In this document: positions 37,175 to 46,210 of the stretch, piece after piece
Position numbering within the stretch: the first letter of the stretch is position 1
Layout: every line of letters starts with the position of its first letter
Assembly (NCBI GenBank): GCA_038230695.1
Contig: JBBRMT010000002.1
Span: 1-60,915, forward strand
Direction: 5' to 3'
Length of the DNA: 60,915 bases
Source: Chloroflexia bacterium
GTDB lineage: Bacteria; Chloroflexota; Chloroflexia; QHBQ01
Translations under genes and position numbers: made by a program
The notes under the pieces: model-generated
Database searches by the model: none
Seen by the model: only the letters and a program-made list of their open reading frames with translations
Told to the model about the DNA's origin: nothing

Positions 37175-37543
37175 TCATCCCTCTGATTTAACGTCTGGTG
37201 GGGCGGGAGGGTTGCGCCGCTGTCGGCGTGCGCCGCCGGGCCAGATGTAGTTGAAAAATATCAGAACGAAGCTCCAAATACTTAGCCACTGCCCTATAGT
37301 GTACGCGCTGATAACGAATTGGTCATCAGCATTGGCATACGGCAAGACATACTGTACTAGTGTCAGCAACTCGCCTACTACCATCGTGATCAAAGCCAGA
37401 ATGCCAATTATTGTACGCCGGGGTTTCAATGAGCGCAGCATCGCAAATCCAGCCAGCACGATGAATGTCATCGCAATGAAAAGCGAAACATATCTTGCTC
37501 TATATAGGAGGATGCGAGAGATACTCCATTGTGTGAAGCCCAA
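37175..37543 (-). CDS. Hypothetical membrane protein (possibly the distal part of a frameshifted gene)
   Basis: Three TM helices and a basic tail. The TTG start overlaps ORF 37468-37791 by 76 nt in another frame. Confidence 0.4.
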   Translation of the reverse strand: MGFTQWSISRILLYRARYVSLFIAMTFIVLAGFAMLRSLKPRRTIIGILALITMVVGELLTLVQYVLPYANADDQFVISAYTIGQWLSIWSFVLIFFNYIWPGGARRQRRNPPAPPDVKSEG

Positions 37544-37791
37544 TACAGCAAATCAATAAACTGCAGGCCATCGCGCAGCGCTCCGAGTCCTAGCACTGCC
37601 GATACTACTGCGATGAACCCGTATTCTGCATAGCGGCTGCGTTCTCGGGCTACGCCCATTCCTACCAGCCACAGTATGATGGGAACAATGTTTCCCCATA
37701 TGCTGGGTAGGTAATGGTTGAGGATGAAATTAGAGTAGAAGAGCCAAATACAGTATACAGCGACAAGGGTGATATGCACCGCTTGACCCAT
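37468..37791 (-). CDS. Hypothetical membrane protein (possibly the middle part of a frameshifted gene)
   Basis: Three TM helices, overlapped at both ends by ORFs in the other two frames. Confidence 0.4.
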   Translation of the reverse strand: MGQAVHITLVAVYCIWLFYSNFILNHYLPSIWGNIVPIILWLVGMGVARERSRYAEYGFIAVVSAVLGLGALRDGLQFIDLLYWASHNGVSLASSYIEQDMFRFSLR

Positions 37792-38075
37792 TTCAACGCA
37801 TGGTCGTCCGCAGGAGTAGCAGGTTGTGCGCTGGGTGTGGGAGTAGGATCGGGGAGCGGTGATATCGCCGCCGAGCCAACGTAGTCAACGATGGGCGTGC
37901 CGCTGTCCGGTGGGTGGTGCAGGGCGGGTTGGGGGTGTGGGTTGGTTGCCATATGTGCTGCGCTCCTTATAGTTGGTTGCGCTGGGCATTGATACCTTTC
38001 ACCAGGGCGCACAGCCATGCGCCCCTACGTCCGTTTTATCCGCTGCTCCGCTGTCACAATCCGTTAGCTCGACCC

Positions 38076-38654
38076 TTATCTGCTGTCTAGCACTGCCAAC
38101 GCCTCCGTGCCGCCTTCGGTGATGAAGCCGCCTGCGGTGCGGCTAGGTAGGATGGCGGCGATGGAGTAGGGCTGTAGGGCGCGGATGGCTTCGAGGTGGG
38201 GTTGGGGACTAGTTAGTTTGCTATCGGCATCAATAGTGAACATATCGCCACAGCACAATACGCCGTCATGCTGCTGATAGAGCAGCAACGGTTGGCCCGC
38301 GATGCGGAGCAGTAGCAAGTCTTCGGCAAGCTGCTCCTCACCATCTGCACCCTGGCTGGCGATAAGCTCACAGTCGAACTCGTACTGCCACAGTTCAGCA
38401 TCCTTGCCGCCATCGAGCGGTAGCAACGTGTCAATCCCACCCAGAGCATCGAGTGCCTCGGCTAGCTCCTCGTCGTAGGCGGGGCAGCCAACCAGCAGGT
38501 TCTTGCCCGCCGCGCTGGTGATGAAGTAGCAGTAGCGACGATCACCACCCATTCTGCCCTGAGCGATGGCGTAGACATCGGGTGGCAGGGCGAAGCTCAT
38601 CTGCGCCGCGTGCAGTAGTAGCTGGCTCTCTCTGCTTAGTTCATCGCCGAGCAT
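38076..38654 (-). CDS. Hypothetical protein
   Basis: 192-aa acidic ORF with normal composition. No motif recognised. Confidence 0.55.
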   Translation of the reverse strand: MLGDELSRESQLLLHAAQMSFALPPDVYAIAQGRMGGDRRYCYFITSAAGKNLLVGCPAYDEELAEALDALGGIDTLLPLDGGKDAELWQYEFDCELIASQGADGEEQLAEDLLLLRIAGQPLLLYQQHDGVLCCGDMFTIDADSKLTSPQPHLEAIRALQPYSIAAILPSRTAGGFITEGGTEALAVLDSR

Positions 38655-38732
38655 AACTATCCCTTACGATAATAACTTGTCCGAACGAACCTGTATTGTG
38701 CAGAAACTTGCAACTCACCTGTTGCCATGCCC

Positions 38733-39062
38733 CTATCGAATGATCTGTATGATCTTCCGTATCACTTCGTTCAACTTAGTTGCACTTATAGTTCCGACAC
38801 TACGTTCGATAAGCTCTGAGTCGGCAGTGAACAGACGATTCGGACGTATGTAGCTATCTCGCTGCAAACTCCCACTGGTGAAATTGTTGCTGGTAAGCGG
38901 GATTGAGTAGCCATCGGTATGAGGCTGACTGGTAATCATACAGAGGATAACATCGGGGCCAATAAGGTTGGCGACGACAAGTGCAGGGCGCAACTTGCTA
39001 TCGCTAAGGTCGGAGAATGGAAAAGGGGTAAGAACTACTTGACCTTTTGCAAATGCGCCCAT
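38733..39062 (-). CDS. PemK/MazF-family type II toxin
   Basis: KGQVVLTPFPFSDLSDSKLRPALVVAN...RPNRLFT.. is typical of MazF/PemK. Confidence 0.8.
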   Translation of the reverse strand: MGAFAKGQVVLTPFPFSDLSDSKLRPALVVANLIGPDVILCMITSQPHTDGYSIPLTSNNFTSGSLQRDSYIRPNRLFTADSELIERSVGTISATKLNEVIRKIIQIIR

Positions 39063-39265
39063 GCCTCATCCTCTTCTGGGGTATCCCATTCACGGCGCAG
39101 CACTGCTTCTGAAGCCAGCATGGTTTGGAAGGCCTCGGACATAAGAGGGCGGTCACTGAGGTAGGAGACAAAATCCAGCACTACCTCTAGCTTCTCGGCG
39201 GGCAGTACGCGCAATCGTTGTTCGATTTGCTCCAGCGTTGCCGCCTCTGGCGTTTGAACTTGCAT
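39035..39265 (-). CDS. Cognate antitoxin (DUF2281-like)
   Basis: 76 aa, LPAEKLEVVLDFVSYL. It overlaps the toxin start by 28 nt. Confidence 0.6.
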   Translation of the reverse strand: MQVQTPEAATLEQIEQRLRVLPAEKLEVVLDFVSYLSDRPLMSEAFQTMLASEAVLRREWDTPEEDEAWAHLQKVK

Positions 39266-39342
39266 ATTAGCTCTCCTTTGCGCTTCTCATCATATTATAC
39301 TCGTCAGATCAGAAACCGGCAAGAGGTAATGGCGATGCGCTG

Positions 39343-40878
39343 CTAGGAAACAGAATCGTGGCCTTTGTTCGCCCGCTGCAAAAGGAATAGCGCAGGCAGT
39401 AGCCCGATCAGGCAGATGATCGCCGCGCCCAGGAACATCTCCGTATACATCTGCAAGGTCGCCAGTTTGACTGCATCGGGGTACTTGGGGTCGTCGAAAC
39501 CGGGTGCGTTCTTGAGCAGATAGGCAAGGCGGGTTAGCTCCACTGCGCCAAGGGTGGGCAGGCCGAGCGTCATGCCCAGCAAGCGGGAGAATGTCACTGT
39601 CGCGCTGGCGAAGGCGGCCTGAGTCGCGGGCAGCGCGTTGATGGCGCTGGCGGAGAGCGGGGCAATCAGCAGCCCAAAGCCGAAGCCGACTGCCCCTACA
39701 TCGAGGGTTAGCCAAAATTGGTTGCTCACAATGTCAACCTGCCAGCCGCTCATCAACCAGAAGCCGAGCGCGGCGAACAACAGCCCAGCCACCGCGATCA
39801 CGCGATATCCCAGCCGCTCGGCTAGCCAGCCGCCCAGGAATGCGCCGACCGGGATGAAAGCAGTCATACGTAGTAGCACCAACCCTGCTTGCACATCGTC
39901 GAAGCCCAGCACGGTTTGGCCGAAGATGGGGATGTTGACCATAGCGGTGATCAGAGCGACACCAACCAAAAAGTTCGCCAGGCAGGCGCTGATAAAGCCG
40001 CGCCCTGCATCCCGCAAGTCGAACAGCGGTTGCGCCCCCAGCTTCTGCACCGTGACGAACAGGGCGAGGCAGATGATTGCGCCTATCAGCATCGGTAGGA
40101 ACAGGTCGGTGGCGAATAGTTTGGGGTTTACCGGATCGTCGGTCTTCTGCGATAGGGCGAGGGTAAGCAGCAGCAACCCGCCACTGAGCAGCAGGCCGCC
40201 TAGCCAGTCTACCTTCAGGCCACGTTCGCCGCCGTGTCCCTTCAGCATGAAGGCGACGAGGGCGACTGCGACCAGGCCGAGCGGCACGTTGATGAAGAAC
40301 ACCCACTGCCATGACAACTGGCTGATGATGCCCGCGCCATAAATCGGTCCCAGTACCCCGCCACCCTCGGCCACCGCGCCGATTACGCCAATGGCGAAGG
40401 TGCGCCGTTGCGCGGGAAACAGGTCGCGGGTCATAGCCATCCCGATCGGCAGAATCGCCCCCCCGCCTAGAGCCTGCACCGCCCGCCAGCCGTACAGCCA
40501 CGGCAGGCCAGTATCCAGGCCGAATACGCCGCTGCCAGTAAGCCCACAACCAACCGAACCGAGCAGGAACAGCAGCAGGCAGGCAAGGTATGTGCGCTTG
40601 CGGCCAAACACATCGGCGACCCGCCCCAGCAGCGGCATGGCGACAGTGTAGCCGAGCAGATAGCTGGTCACAATCCAGCCCGCCTGGTCCACATGGTTGA
40701 GCGGGATAAACTGGCTGCTGATTATTTGCGGCAGGATGGTGACGATGACCGTTTGATCCAGCGCGGCGAGGAAGATGCCGGTGCAGATGACCGCCAGCAC
40801 TAGCATGGGGCGACCGACCGGGGCGAACACCTCGGCGGTTGGTTGCGATTCGATATTAGTCGCTACAATGTTTGCCAT
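39343..40878 (-). CDS. MFS transporter, DHA2 (14-TMS, EmrB/QacA/P55-like)
   Basis: LDQTVIVTILPQI, GRVADVFGRKR (MFS motif A). 511 aa with about 14 hydrophobic segments. Confidence 0.85.
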   Translation of the reverse strand: MANIVATNIESQPTAEVFAPVGRPMLVLAVICTGIFLAALDQTVIVTILPQIISSQFIPLNHVDQAGWIVTSYLLGYTVAMPLLGRVADVFGRKRTYLACLLLFLLGSVGCGLTGSGVFGLDTGLPWLYGWRAVQALGGGAILPIGMAMTRDLFPAQRRTFAIGVIGAVAEGGGVLGPIYGAGIISQLSWQWVFFINVPLGLVAVALVAFMLKGHGGERGLKVDWLGGLLLSGGLLLLTLALSQKTDDPVNPKLFATDLFLPMLIGAIICLALFVTVQKLGAQPLFDLRDAGRGFISACLANFLVGVALITAMVNIPIFGQTVLGFDDVQAGLVLLRMTAFIPVGAFLGGWLAERLGYRVIAVAGLLFAALGFWLMSGWQVDIVSNQFWLTLDVGAVGFGFGLLIAPLSASAINALPATQAAFASATVTFSRLLGMTLGLPTLGAVELTRLAYLLKNAPGFDDPKYPDAVKLATLQMYTEMFLGAAIICLIGLLPALFLLQRANKGHDSVS

Positions 40879-40884
40879 ATTAAA

Positions 40885-41628
40885 TTACTTCTTGCAAATG
40901 TCGCTGGCGGGTGGCAGGGTGACGGTGACGGGCTTGTTGAAGTCGCTGAAGTGGATGTCGTAGGTAGCGTTGGTGGCATCGCCGCGACTGATTGCGCCGG
41001 AGAGCAGCACGCGATGGAGTTGCTGGTCGGCAACTCCCACCCACATATCAACCTTGACCGTATTGGTCTCGGTTGCCTCTGGCGAGAGGGCGGCAAGCTG
41101 CTGCGCGTTGATTATGCCGGTCAGGTGGTGGGCCTGCACCCCGTCCATCTGCTCCACGCCACTCTTGTTCAGGCCCGATATGTGGGCCATGATGTCGGTA
41201 GCGGCCTTGTCGGGCGCAAGAGATAGGCCATCGAAGGGCTGCCAGCAGCCAATCACCGCGATGTATTGCTGGGTGCCTTTGCCCGCATAGCTTGCCGTTA
41301 CAGTGGCCCCGGCATAGACGGCGTTCACTTTGGCCGATACCTGGTTGGGTTTGGCGAAGTCGCCCTCGCCGCCCAGGATGTAGAACGCGCTGCCTGCCGC
41401 CGTCTGCCCTTTCACGTCAATCTTGAAGTGGAAGGAGGTAGAGGCATTGGTCGAACTGATCGCCTGGCTCAACACCGTAGGCGCGTCGAGGCCGGTATCA
41501 CCGCCCCCACTGCCAGGCTGTGCGCTGCCGCAACTCGCCAGCAGCAGTATAAAGCCAAACATGAAAATAGGCAAAATTGCCAGCCGCACGATTGCCCTTC
41601 GTTGGCTGGTTTGGGTCTGAATAGTCAA
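40885..41628 (-). CDS. LppX/LprAFG-family lipoprotein (LprG-like)
   Basis: Lipobox LLLASCGS and a beta-rich body resembling the LprG family. The likely TTG start (41628) is 6 nt after AAGGAGGGA. The listed ORF extends to 41709. Confidence 0.6.
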   Translation of the reverse strand: MTIQTQTSQRRAIVRLAILPIFMFGFILLLASCGSAQPGSGGGDTGLDAPTVLSQAISSTNASTSFHFKIDVKGQTAAGSAFYILGGEGDFAKPNQVSAKVNAVYAGATVTASYAGKGTQQYIAVIGCWQPFDGLSLAPDKAATDIMAHISGLNKSGVEQMDGVQAHHLTGIINAQQLAALSPEATETNTVKVDMWVGVADQQLHRVLLSGAISRGDATNATYDIHFSDFNKPVTVTLPPASDICKK

Positions 41629-41732
41629 AGTAAGCTCCCTCCTTTGCAACAAACAAGCTGCAACTAGCACAAGTGGGCAGCACGCACCGCGTGCGTACTG
41701 CCCACTCATGTTTCAACATCTATGCCAACAAC

Positions 41733-43949
41733 CTACTTTTCGATGTCCACGAACAGCACTGAGTGCTGCAAGCCGTTGGCGTTGTCTTCGGTGATGCCCA
41801 TGCTGCGGAACGGCACCAGGAAGGGCTTGATATCCTTGTCGTAGGATGCGCTCAGGGATGCGCCCATGTTACTCGCCATCTTCTCGACCGCCTCGCGGAT
41901 GGCCTGGATGTTGACGTACATGACCGCACTGTTGTTGGTGATTGCATTCGTCATTGCGCCTTTGTAGTTGGCGCTATCGGTCACGCCACCCTTGCCGGAG
42001 GCGATTGCCTGCATCGTCGCGGTGTTGCTGGTAATGAAGAAGTAGTCGCCGACGATGCCGTAATAGACCGCGCTGCCCATGCTGCCGAACTTGAATATCT
42101 TGCTGCCTGCGACTTGCTGTTCGGTCACGGTGGGGGCATACTGGTCGGTGGGACTGGCGAGCTTGTTCTTGATTGCCGTGTTGATCTTCTGGATGCCGGC
42201 AGTGGCCTGGGCCTTGCTGTCCTTGACGTTGAGGACGAAGCCGCCCTGGGCTGGCGTGCTGGCATCTGCACCGGGCTGGATGTACATCCCCCACTCGCCA
42301 CCCATCCAACTCAACACATCGCTATCTAGGTCGAGGCCGGTGGCCTGCTTGAACTGCTGCTTTAGCTGGGTGGTGTTCATGCTGCCCATGTTCATGCTGC
42401 TAAAGTAGTTCATCTTGTCCAGGTAGGTCAGGCCATTGTTGATCAGATCCTTGAGGTTGGCGCTGGCGACGAAAGCCCAGGTGTCGGCGGGCATCAGCTT
42501 GACGATGCTGCGGTCGCTGATCAGCGGCATTGCGGAGGTAAGTGCGGCGGCGCTATCGCTAACGTTGCCAGCAGAATCAATCTGTACGCCGTTAGTCCGC
42601 GCTGTTACGCCGACAACCGAAACGCTGTTGCTGTTCTTCATCTGGTCGTAGATGCTCTTGCTCGAATTGAGGCTGCTCATTGACGGGCTATCCTTGGCCG
42701 CCTCGGTAAGCGCGGCGCTGACCGTGCCAGCAAACTTCGCGCTATCCATGTACAGGGTCATGCTGCGCTCGGTGGGTAGCTTGGTGAGGGCGGTGGTATA
42801 CTGCGCATTGCTGCTGAGGGATTTGCTGCCATCCTTGTAAGCGTCTATCACCGACTTGAGGCTGTCCTTGTTGCTGCTGAGGATGCCTTCCTTGCCGATA
42901 AGTACGCCATAGAAGGTGCTGGCGGAGCCGGTGGTGGTATCCAGATTGATCTTGTAGATGTCGCTGCCGTTGTAGGTCTCATCCTTGGTCAGGCTACCCT
43001 TGTTCTGATCGTTGGTCTTCTGCTGCAGCCGAGCGATGATGCTGTTGGGGTCTAGCGGGTTGACATCGAGTTCCACGACGGCAACCAGATGGTCCTCCAC
43101 CAGGTTGAAGGCTTCGCAGGTGGCCTGCTGGCTGTTCGCGCCGTTGTTGCTGGGGGCGGGGGGAAGAGACGAACCCGGCTTTGTTGTCGCTGGGCCGCCG
43201 AGCGTCATGGTATTCATAGTCGCGTCGCCCATCATGCCGCCGCTGCTGATTGCGTCCTTGACTACCTTCTGTACCTCAGCATCGCTGGGTTGCAGATAGG
43301 CAAGGGTGACATTGCCGCTGAGGAAGCCGCCGATATTGCTGATGATGCTGCCGCCGCTGCTGGCGCTGTTGGCTGTCTGGCTGCATTGGCCGACAAAGTT
43401 GGAGAGCATCATCGGGGCGAGGCCCGCCTGTGCGCCCAGCTGGTTGAGCTTGTCCTGCACGCCCGGCTGGCTGGTGAAGGCATCGTGGATCTTGGTCCAG
43501 TTAGCCTGCTGATCCTGGCCGGGGGTGGCGTTATAGCTTACGTAGGCCATGGTGGTGTTGGGCAACAACTTATCGTAGGCCACGCCTGCGATTAGCGGTT
43601 TGCCCACATTCTGCCAGAGGAAGTAGCCGCCGACCGCAAGCGCGGCAATCACAACAATCGCCACAATAAACGGCAGCGGGCCGCGCCCTTTGCGAACCGG
43701 CGCTACGGGTGGGGTTGGCGGTGCGCCATAGCCCTGCTGCGGATAGCGGGCAAACTCGTCGGGCGTGGCATACTGTGGTGGCGGTGGGGGCGGATAAGCC
43801 TGCGGCGGTGGTGGCGGGTAGCTGCCCTGCGGCGCATAAGCCTGCGGCGGATACTGCGGCTGAGGCTGATAGTTCTGTGGCGGGTAGCCTTGCCCCTGGT
43901 TGGGGTCAGGGTTGGCCGGATAGCCGCCGTTGCCGTAATCGTTAGACAT
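41733..43949 (-). CDS. Membrane-anchored protein with a Pro/Gln/Tyr-rich N-terminus and a large extracytoplasmic domain (DUF3352-like?)
   Basis: The start is set at MSNDYGNGGYPANP (ATG 43949). One TM helix (FIVAIVVIAALAVGGYFLW), then about 600 aa of Ser/Thr/Asn-rich domain. Confidence 0.6.
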   Translation of the reverse strand: MSNDYGNGGYPANPDPNQGQGYPPQNYQPQPQYPPQAYAPQGSYPPPPPQAYPPPPPPQYATPDEFARYPQQGYGAPPTPPVAPVRKGRGPLPFIVAIVVIAALAVGGYFLWQNVGKPLIAGVAYDKLLPNTTMAYVSYNATPGQDQQANWTKIHDAFTSQPGVQDKLNQLGAQAGLAPMMLSNFVGQCSQTANSASSGGSIISNIGGFLSGNVTLAYLQPSDAEVQKVVKDAISSGGMMGDATMNTMTLGGPATTKPGSSLPPAPSNNGANSQQATCEAFNLVEDHLVAVVELDVNPLDPNSIIARLQQKTNDQNKGSLTKDETYNGSDIYKINLDTTTGSASTFYGVLIGKEGILSSNKDSLKSVIDAYKDGSKSLSSNAQYTTALTKLPTERSMTLYMDSAKFAGTVSAALTEAAKDSPSMSSLNSSKSIYDQMKNSNSVSVVGVTARTNGVQIDSAGNVSDSAAALTSAMPLISDRSIVKLMPADTWAFVASANLKDLINNGLTYLDKMNYFSSMNMGSMNTTQLKQQFKQATGLDLDSDVLSWMGGEWGMYIQPGADASTPAQGGFVLNVKDSKAQATAGIQKINTAIKNKLASPTDQYAPTVTEQQVAGSKIFKFGSMGSAVYYGIVGDYFFITSNTATMQAIASGKGGVTDSANYKGAMTNAITNNSAVMYVNIQAIREAVEKMASNMGASLSASYDKDIKPFLVPFRSMGITEDNANGLQHSVLFVDIEK

Positions 43950-44230
43950 GGTGGAACAGTCCCCTTTCTTTCTCGATCCGCTTGAGCGCGTTAGTAGTTC
44001 TGCTAGATGGCGGATCTCTGCTGAAGTAACTGCCATGGTAAGCGCAAACAAAGCCTGCTTACAACTTCTAAATGTAATACGAATCCACAGCCTTGTTTGT
44101 TGCAATTAGTATACCACAATATGACGAAACTGCCGATACAGATCGGCTCATCTTTTATCAGCAAAGAGGTTAAGAATTGTTACACCACGCAATCGTGGGC
44201 GGCGCTGAAAAGTGCAGCGCCACGCAATAA

Positions 44231-44259
44231 TTGACAATGCCATTACCCTGTGTTATTAT
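44231..44259 (+). promoter_or_regulatory. Sigma70-like promoter of the fab cluster
   Basis: TTGACA (44231-44236), a 17-nt spacer, then TATTAT (44254-44259), 64 nt upstream of the fabG ATG. Confidence 0.55.
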
Positions 44260-44322
44260 TTGCCCCGCTGCTAGAAGTTACCATAGATGCTGTGTCCAAG
44301 CCACAAGAGGAGGGCGGATTTT

Positions 44323-45117
44323 ATGGCAGGTGAACTAGAGGGACGGGTAGCGCTGGTAACTGGCGCATCGCGGGGTATTGGGCGGGCAACCGCGATACGG
44401 CTGGCGGAGATGGGCGCGGTGGTGGCAATCAACTATAACGCCAGTGTTGGCCCTGCTGAAGAGGTGGTCGGCCAGATTGCAGCGGCAGGTGGCAACGCAG
44501 TAACCTTCGCCGCCGATGTGGCCGATCCTAAAGCAGTCGAAGGGCTGATAGCCGCCGTTATAGCCAGGTTTGGCAAGCTCGACATTCTGGTTAACAATGC
44601 GGGTCTCGTGCGCGACAATATTATGATGCGGATGAGCCTGGATGAGTGGGATGCAGTGTTCAACACCAACCTACGCAGTATGTTCGTCGCCAGCCAGGCC
44701 GCCTTGCGCGGGATGATGCGTAACCGCTGGGGGCGGATCATCAATCTAACCTCGGTAGTGGCTCTCAGCGGCAATTCAGGGCAGGCCAATTACTCCGCCG
44801 CTAAAGCTGGAGTCATTGGTCTAAGCAAATCGCTGGCCCGCGAATACGCCAGCCGCAGCATCACGGTCAACGCGGTAGCCCCTGGCTATATTGACACCGA
44901 CATCGTGGCGGCCATCCCCGAAAACCTGCGTGGGGAGATGATCAAGCAGATCCCGCTGGGGCGCATCGGCAAGCCGGAAGAGGTCGCCGACGCGATTGGC
45001 TTCCTCGCCTCGGAGCGGGCCGCCTATATCACCGGCCAGGTACTCAGCGTCAATGGCGGGATGTATATGTTACCCCCACCCCAACCCTCTCCCAGAGGGA
45101 GAGGGGGTTTATTTTGA
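44323..45117 (+). CDS. fabG: 3-oxoacyl-ACP reductase with a repeat-derived C-terminal extension
   Basis: VALVTGASRGIG, NNAG, YSAAKAG and VNGGMYM motifs. The ORF continues LPPPQPSPRGRGGLF through a hairpin repeat before the stop. ATG 44323 follows AGAGGAGGG. Confidence 0.9.
   Translation: MAGELEGRVALVTGASRGIGRATAIRLAEMGAVVAINYNASVGPAEEVVGQIAAAGGNAVTFAADVADPKAVEGLIAAVIARFGKLDILVNNAGLVRDNIMMRMSLDEWDAVFNTNLRSMFVASQAALRGMMRNRWGRIINLTSVVALSGNSGQANYSAAKAGVIGLSKSLAREYASRSITVNAVAPGYIDTDIVAAIPENLRGEMIKQIPLGRIGKPEEVADAIGFLASERAAYITGQVLSVNGGMYMLPPPQPSPRGRGGLF
45073..45107. repeat. GC-rich hairpin repeat, family B (CCCACCCC..CCCTCTCCC-N4-GGGAGAGGGG)
   Basis: Sibling copies are at 24088-24119, 25528-25560, 53915-53948, 60438-60472, 58374-58405 (inverted), and a partial copy at 33568-33597. 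Confidence 0.85.
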
Positions 45118-45176
45118 AACAAAACCAGCGATTACCTCATCCAAAGCAGCAGGAGGCAGAGGACGGAGAATGTATC

Positions 45177-46130
45177 ATGATAGACGTAAACTACTTGCGT
45201 GATAAATGGGCGTTTGTCTTCCCCGGCCAGGGTTCGCAATATGTGGGCATGGGCAAGCTGCTGTACGAGAGTTCACCCGCCGCTCGCAAGGTGTTCGAGC
45301 AGGCCGATGCCGTGCTAGGCTTTCCCCTGAGCAAACTGTGCTTCGAGGGTCCTGCCGACGAGTTGCAGGATACCATCAACGCCCAGCCCGCCATCCTTAC
45401 AGTTAGCATTGCCGCATTGGAGGCGCTTAAGGAGAAGTGGGGCAAGCTGGGCGCGATGATTGCGCCACGCTTCGTGGCCGGTCATAGCCTGGGCGAATAC
45501 ACTGCGCTGGTGGCTGCGGGTGCGCTAACCTTCGAGGACACCCTGCTGCTGGTGCGCGAACGCGGGCGGCTGATGAAGGAAGCTGACCAGACTGCCCCCG
45601 GCGGGATGGCAGCGGTGATCGGGCTGCAGCGTGAGGAAGTGGAGCAAGTTTGCGAGGAGGCCCAGGAGTTGGGTGTGGTAGTTTGCGCCAACGCCAACAG
45701 CCCGGTGCAGAACGTGATTAGCGGCGAGGAGGTTGCGCTAACCCGCGCTATGGAGCTTGCCCGTCAGCGGGGAGCGAAGCGGGTTTCACGGCTGGCGATT
45801 AGCATCGCCTCCCACTCGCCCTTGATGCAGCAGGCGGGCGACCAGCTTGCTCGGCTAATCGAAAACCTGCACCTTAGCGACCCAAAAGTGCCGATTATCG
45901 GCAACTTGAGCGGTCAGGCGTTGACTACCGCCGACGAGATTAAGCGCGAACTGATGGTTCATCTGGTCGGCTCGGTGCAGTGGACCCGCTCAGTGCGCCG
46001 CATGGTGGATGACGGCATCAGTAACTTTATGGAGATTGGCCCCGGCTCGACTCTGAGCGGCCTGATTAAGCGCATCAGCGAAGATGCAGAGACCTCCAGC
46101 TTCGCGGATGGTGATGTTGCCAAGGTGTAG
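45177..46130 (+). CDS. fabD: Malonyl-CoA:ACP transacylase
   Basis: FVFPGQGSQYVGMG, GHSLGEYTALV, and NSPVQNVISG. Confidence 0.9.
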   Translation: MIDVNYLRDKWAFVFPGQGSQYVGMGKLLYESSPAARKVFEQADAVLGFPLSKLCFEGPADELQDTINAQPAILTVSIAALEALKEKWGKLGAMIAPRFVAGHSLGEYTALVAAGALTFEDTLLLVRERGRLMKEADQTAPGGMAAVIGLQREEVEQVCEEAQELGVVVCANANSPVQNVISGEEVALTRAMELARQRGAKRVSRLAISIASHSPLMQQAGDQLARLIENLHLSDPKVPIIGNLSGQALTTADEIKRELMVHLVGSVQWTRSVRRMVDDGISNFMEIGPGSTLSGLIKRISEDAETSSFADGDVAKV

Positions 46131-46166
46131 AAGGTAGAATATAGAATGGGTAAGGCGATGTAGGGG
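46124..46166. repeat. Period-7 degenerate tandem repeat (GGTAGAA-type) running into a GTAGGGGCG hairpin
   Basis: ggtgtagaaggtagaatatagaatgggtaaggcgatgtagggg. It includes the fabD stop. Confidence 0.7.
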
Positions 46167-46210
46167 CGGGATTTATCCCGATTCGGTGAAGCTAGCAAGG
46201 AGATTTCACG

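Noticed and set aside
45114-45176. Listed fabD start at 45114 (MKQNQRLPHPKQQEAEDGECI..)
   Set aside because: This N-terminal extension is read from the tail of the hairpin repeat and the intergenic spacer. FabD homology begins at MIDVNYLRDKWAFVFPGQGSQ (ATG 45177).
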